From positions 1-37,571 of IMG/VR virus record IMGVR_UViG_3300028588_000006: a stretch of 37,571 bases of DNA, one strand, 5' to 3'. The stretch's first letter is position 1. Every line of letters starts with the position of its first letter. Source of the stretch: a virus (Duplodnaviria > Caudoviricetes). Below the pieces are notes generated by a model. That model ran no database searches. It saw only the letters and a program-made list of their open reading frames with translations, and was not told the DNA's origin. Positions 33,613 to 37,571 of this stretch are shown piece by piece. Position numbers and translations under genes: made by a program.

Positions 33613-35786
33613 TACTCGGCTCCTGCAGGTTCTGGGGTGTTCTGGGCAGCGACTTCGGCGGTGTGCGCGGCCGCCTGGGCCCGGCGCTCCTCGAGCAGCA
33701 GCTTCACGCGGTTGTCGAGGGCGTTCATGCGCTCTTCGCTGGCCTGGCGCATCTGCTCGAGCGCGGCCGCATGGTCCAGGCGCTGCTGCTCGAGGCGGGC
33801 TTCCAGATCGGCCTCGCGCGCCGCGCGTGCGGCTTCCAGCTCGTTCTGGTGCGCGTTTTGCTGCGCCTGCACGTTCTGTTCGTGGGTCGCGACATCGGCG
33901 TCCTGTTGGGCCTGGAACCCTGCGATCTCCTTGGCGTTGGCCAGCTTCTTGTCTTCCAGCGCCATCTGCGCCTGGATCTTCTGCATTTCGGGATCCGGCT
34001 TAGGCTCCTGCGGCTGCTGGGCGGCCTTCAGCATCTGGTCGAGGGTGTTGTCGAGCATGCCCTCGATGGTCTTGCCGACCTTGAAGGCCGACACCCCGAA
34101 CTTGAGCAGGCCGACCAGCAGCGGGCCGGCGCCGGGTTCAGCCTGCATCACCGGCAGGGCTTGCTGCAGGAACGAGCCGACGGAGGATAGAAATTCGGTG
34201 CGGTCGGCCTTTTCCTGGGCTTCGTCCATCTGGATCATCGAATCGCTGCTGACTTCGATGCGGAAGCCGGCGAGCGGGCCGGTGCTGGTCTCGCTGGTCG
34301 GATCGGCAGCGCGGGCGCCCATCAGCAGCTCCATGGCCTGGGGCAGCAGCGCCTGGTCGGTCTCGTCCAGCTGGTCGGCCGCGGCGATTCGCGCCAGGGT
34401 GGTCGGCTGGAAGTGCTTGCAGATCACCTGGGCCTTCAGCTGCAGCAGCTCGGTGGCGAACTGGGTCACGCGCGCCTGCTGGTTGCGCAGCCGCATATTT
34501 CCGTACTGGCCTTTCAGCTTCTGCGCGCCGTAGGTCTCGGTGGGGTCGCTGGCGCCGCGCGTGATGTCGCTGATGCCCATGAGCTCGTAGATCGTGTTCT
34601 TGACCTTGTCCAGCTGGTCGTAGGCGACGTTCAGGGCGTTGACGATCGGGGCGATGTCGAAGATATCGAGCGAGCCGGCCAGGCCGTTCTTTTCCGAGAA
34701 CGCAGCCCAGTTCTTCGCCGGAATCAGGTTGCCGTTGCCGGCCTCCTTGAACAAGCGGGCCAGCTCGGGCACCGATGCGTCGTAGATGCCGCGCACTTCC
34801 AGCATCTCGATCAGGCCGTCGATCTTGGCCTGCAGCTTGGTCAGCTGCTTGGCCTGGTCCTGGTAATACTTGTAGTCGGCGACCGGGACCAGCGATTCGT
34901 TCGTGACGGTCGCGTACAGCGGGCGAGGGCAGGGGAAGAAACCGTCCAGACCGAGCGGGTCGGGCTTGCTGTCGATGACGCTCATCTGGGTCTTCGAGAA
35001 CCAGATGGCGGTACCGCTTTCCTTGTCCCAGATTTCGTAGATGCAGGCCTGCTTGCCTTCAACGTCGCTCAGGGCTTGGCCGGTTGCGCTGTTGGCGGCC
35101 ACCGGGCTCTTCGTATCGAGCGGGATCCGCGCGCCGACTTCCTCGCCGAAGCGGTCGACCAGCGCCTTGCGGCTCATGTAGACGCGGCGCCACACCGCGG
35201 TGACTTCCTCCCAGGTACGAGCGACGGAATGGCCGAAGTCCTTCCAGTGCACGTAGTCGACCGGGGCAGATTCGTTGCCAATCTGCTCTTCCAGTGCCTG
35301 CTCGGCACCCTCCGCGGTCGCATCCTCGGTCACTTGCGTGGCCGGTACTTCCGATGCCTGCGCGGCGACGATGTCTGCTTCGTAGCGCACCCAGGCCTGG
35401 CCACGGCCGCCCAGGAAGCGATCCAGCACGCACTGTTCCATGGCGGCGCGGTAGTGCGGATAGTGGTCGACCTCGAAGTCCAGGCCGCGCTCGAGCAGCA
35501 GGGCAGCGACGCGGCCGACCTGGTCGCGGTCACGGAAGCGGCGGGATACATCCGGCTTGGGCAGGCGCGAGAACACGGCCGGCAGCTGCACCTGCACGTT
35601 CGACCACAGGATGTTGAAGGACGAATCGCCGCCGGTGGCGCCCTGCGACTGGTCGTAATCGCGGTACTTCTTCACGATCTTGTCGCTGCGGCTCTCCCAC
35701 TTCTTGAACTCGCGTTCATAGGCAGTGATCGCGTCACCCCAGCGCTGCGCTTCGGGATCAACCTGCTGTCTGTTCTGGTCGGCCAT
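33612..35786 (-). CDS. Portal protein (P22-like, with helical C-terminus)
   Basis: 724 aa after TerL; FNILWSN, FFPCP.PL, IYELMGISDI.RG; Gln/Ala coiled-coil tail. Confidence 0.9.
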   Translation of the reverse strand: MADQNRQQVDPEAQRWGDAITAYEREFKKWESRSDKIVKKYRDYDQSQGATGGDSSFNILWSNVQVQLPAVFSRLPKPDVSRRFRDRDQVGRVAALLLERGLDFEVDHYPHYRAAMEQCVLDRFLGGRGQAWVRYEADIVAAQASEVPATQVTEDATAEGAEQALEEQIGNESAPVDYVHWKDFGHSVARTWEEVTAVWRRVYMSRKALVDRFGEEVGARIPLDTKSPVAANSATGQALSDVEGKQACIYEIWDKESGTAIWFSKTQMSVIDSKPDPLGLDGFFPCPRPLYATVTNESLVPVADYKYYQDQAKQLTKLQAKIDGLIEMLEVRGIYDASVPELARLFKEAGNGNLIPAKNWAAFSEKNGLAGSLDIFDIAPIVNALNVAYDQLDKVKNTIYELMGISDITRGASDPTETYGAQKLKGQYGNMRLRNQQARVTQFATELLQLKAQVICKHFQPTTLARIAAADQLDETDQALLPQAMELLMGARAADPTSETSTGPLAGFRIEVSSDSMIQMDEAQEKADRTEFLSSVGSFLQQALPVMQAEPGAGPLLVGLLKFGVSAFKVGKTIEGMLDNTLDQMLKAAQQPQEPKPDPEMQKIQAQMALEDKKLANAKEIAGFQAQQDADVATHEQNVQAQQNAHQNELEAARAAREADLEARLEQQRLDHAAALEQMRQASEERMNALDNRVKLLLEERRAQAAAHTAEVAAQNTPEPAGAE

Positions 35787-35789
35787 GGC

Positions 35790-37214
35790 TTAGATTCTTT
35801 CGTTGGGGCGTGGAACGGATGCCCACATGTCTTCGAGGGTGACCGCGTTGCCGGCGCCGACCAGCAGGCCGCGAACGTCTTCCTTCTTCGGGGGCGGCGG
35901 CGCGGCCTGCTGCATGATCAGGCAGCCATAGCTGAAGCCGTCACCGTCATGGCTGGCCCAGTCGTGGACCGGATCCGAGCTGAAAATCTTGGTCTCTTCG
36001 TTGTATTCGTACTTCCACGAGCGCAGGCCATCGAGGCCACGCTGGCAGTTCGTCGCGTTGAAGCGGATGCGCGGGATCAGCACGCGCGCGGCGTTGACGC
36101 GGTCGGCGATGCTCGAGCGCGGCACCATGGCCACGTGGTCCGAACCGAACTTGGAAACGAAGATCTCGACGGCGGAGCGCTTGGCGGCGAAGGTCTTGGC
36201 GCGCGCGTCGTGCGGCAGCCAGATGCGGCCCAGCGCGCGGCCGCTGAAGCGCTTGTACTGGTCGATCTTCTTGGCAAGGCGGTCGCACCATTCCTCGGCG
36301 TCGATGCCCCAGCCGCCGTCGTAGTCGACGATCTGGTGGCCGCCCATCTGCGGCTGCCAGAACCACCAGGTGGCGGTGTCGCGACGCCCAAGGTCGGCGG
36401 TGATCTCCAGCGGCGCGCCCATCGGGTCGAACACGACGTCGTCGCCGATGCGGCCCTGCTTCTCGGCCAGGCCGATCGAGCGGGCCAGGATGGCGCCCAG
36501 CACCGCGGCGTCGAACGAGCAGCCGTATTCCTGTTCGAACTTGGCGCGGCCATAGTCTTCGCCGAACTCATCGATGTAGGCGCGCAGCTCCGTCTCGAGG
36601 CGCTCGGCGGTCAGCACGCCGGTCTCGTAGGCGTCAAGCACCTGGGCGAAGGCGTCGCCGCCGGCGTCCATGATCCTTTTCGCCGCCTGCATCGTGGTGT
36701 GCGCGTGGTTACGGCCGCGCGGGGTGGTGATGAAGCACTGCCAGCCGTTGTTCTCGGCGACGATCGGGCGCAGGTAGGCGCGCACGTTCGGGTTGGACAG
36801 CGCCCATTCCGAATAGACGATGCCGGCCGGCGTGGAGCCGACCAGGGAATCGGGATTGTCCGAGCCGACAACCTGCCAGGTGCTGCCGCCCTTAAGGCGC
36901 AGGATCATCTTGGTGTTGTCGATGCCGGCGCGCAGCTCGTGCGGGAAGGCCTCGTCGATGCGCTTCTTGCCAGTGTGCGGGTTCACGGCGTCCCAGATCG
37001 CCTTCCGGGCCTGGGCGTACTGCGGCAGCATGTGCCAGTAGCCGGCAGTGCGCTCGAACGCTGCGCACGCCGTGCGGTGCAGCATGATCTCGTCCTTCCC
37101 GGACCGGCGATGCCAGACCAGCTCAGCCAGGCGGCCGCCGTTCTCCAGATAGCTCCAGGCGGGCATCTGGTAGGGGCGCGGGCGCCAGTTGTTGGGAAGG
37201 ACGATGCGGGACAT
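35790..37214 (-). CDS. terL: Terminase large subunit
   Basis: PRPYQ, WHRRSGKD (Walker A), IVYSE (Walker B), FITTPRGRNH, ADLG, LPHDA, HDWASH..D. Confidence 0.95.
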   Translation of the reverse strand: MSRIVLPNNWRPRPYQMPAWSYLENGGRLAELVWHRRSGKDEIMLHRTACAAFERTAGYWHMLPQYAQARKAIWDAVNPHTGKKRIDEAFPHELRAGIDNTKMILRLKGGSTWQVVGSDNPDSLVGSTPAGIVYSEWALSNPNVRAYLRPIVAENNGWQCFITTPRGRNHAHTTMQAAKRIMDAGGDAFAQVLDAYETGVLTAERLETELRAYIDEFGEDYGRAKFEQEYGCSFDAAVLGAILARSIGLAEKQGRIGDDVVFDPMGAPLEITADLGRRDTATWWFWQPQMGGHQIVDYDGGWGIDAEEWCDRLAKKIDQYKRFSGRALGRIWLPHDARAKTFAAKRSAVEIFVSKFGSDHVAMVPRSSIADRVNAARVLIPRIRFNATNCQRGLDGLRSWKYEYNEETKIFSSDPVHDWASHDGDGFSYGCLIMQQAAPPPPKKEDVRGLLVGAGNAVTLEDMWASVPRPNERI

Positions 37215-37217
37215 GGA

Positions 37218-37571
37218 TTACAGCTGCACTTCCTGGCCCTGGCGCGCGGCGAAGGTGGGCGTGCCGGTGTCGTTGGCGGTCTCGATGCGCACCCAGGTGC
37301 CGGCGGGGACAACAGCCGGCAAGGCGACGCTGCCCAGGTTCTGGAGGCCGATGGCCACCGACAGCGCCGCGGGCAGGCCGCTGGATCCGCTCACGAGGGT
37401 CTGCTGGCCAGTCGCGCATGCGCTGTCGCTGTAGCTGCGCAGCGCCACGGTGCCGCGAGCGCCGCCGACCAGGGTCAGGGTGGCGGTGACGTCGATCGAG
37501 TAATTGACCTGCACGTCGCGCGTGGACGACAGCTGGAAGCAGGTATTGAGCAGCGGCGTGCGGTAGGCGAA
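37218..37571 (-). CDS. 3' part of the junction-spanning 298-aa protein (beta-rich C-terminal domain)
   Basis: In frame with the ORF starting at 670 (670+227=897 nt). The stop at 37218 lies just before the TerL ATG at 37214. Confidence 0.85.
   Translation of the reverse strand, partial: FAYRTPLLNTCFQLSSTRDVQVNYSIDVTATLTLVGGARGTVALRSYSDSACATGQQTLVSGSSGLPAALSVAIGLQNLGSVALPAVVPAGTWVRIETANDTGTPTFAARQGQEVQL
37445..37571. repeat. Terminal direct repeat copy 2 (circular assembly overlap)
   Basis: Identical to 1-127. The repeat lies inside a coding sequence, and 127 is a common assembler k-mer size. Confidence 0.97.

Larger units (their letters stand above)
1..37571. mobile_element. Complete temperate phage genome (podovirus-like virion, lambdoid regulation), circular/excised form, 37,444 bp unique
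   Basis: Immunity, replication, recombination, integration, packaging, virion and lysis modules are all present. attP is intact, the ends overlap by 127 bp, and one gene reads in frame across the junction. Confidence 0.96.

Noticed and set aside
30436-34533. Long + strand ORFs (625, 293 and 530 aa)
   Set aside because: Antisense shadows of the capsid, scaffold and portal genes.
37445-37571. 127-bp terminal repeat as a biological DTR
   Set aside because: It lies mid-gene and equals a common assembler k-mer length, so it indicates circularity only.

Overview
This window is a complete, circular temperate phage genome of 37,444 bp. Bases 37445-37571 repeat bases 1-127 exactly, which looks like an assembler overlap. 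The DNA is GC-rich; a Burkholderiales-type host is plausible but is inference only. The layout is lambdoid with a podovirus-type virion module and no tape measure, tube or sheath gene recognised. A cI/cro switch at about 6.4-7.4 kb carries 13-bp TAGCGAATCGCTA operators. The + strand early arm encodes a RecT-like annealase, a YqaJ exonuclease, a DndC/PAPS-reductase-like enzyme, an excisionase and a tyrosine integrase, and ends at an intact attP whose core matches a tmRNA/tRNA 3' end. The - strand arm runs cro, DUF1376 replication initiator with iterons, Acb2 anti-CBASS sponge, RusA, Q-like antiterminator, late promoter, TerS, three extra genes, TerL, portal, scaffold, capsid, tail adaptor/nozzle, GNAT, ejection proteins, tail fibre and lysis genes. 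The most notable items are: (1) a ~470-nt structured non-coding region with tandem tRNA-like cloverleafs and a mutually exclusive pairing; (2) a clear Acb2 homolog; (3) a stand-alone DndC-like enzyme; (4) three fibre-like genes between TerS and TerL, one with a signal peptide; (5) an antisense moron bridged by a translationally coupled sense ORF; (6) an ORF reading through attP; (7) a nested domain duplication in the tail nozzle. All family assignments come from motif recognition by eye; no database searches were run.
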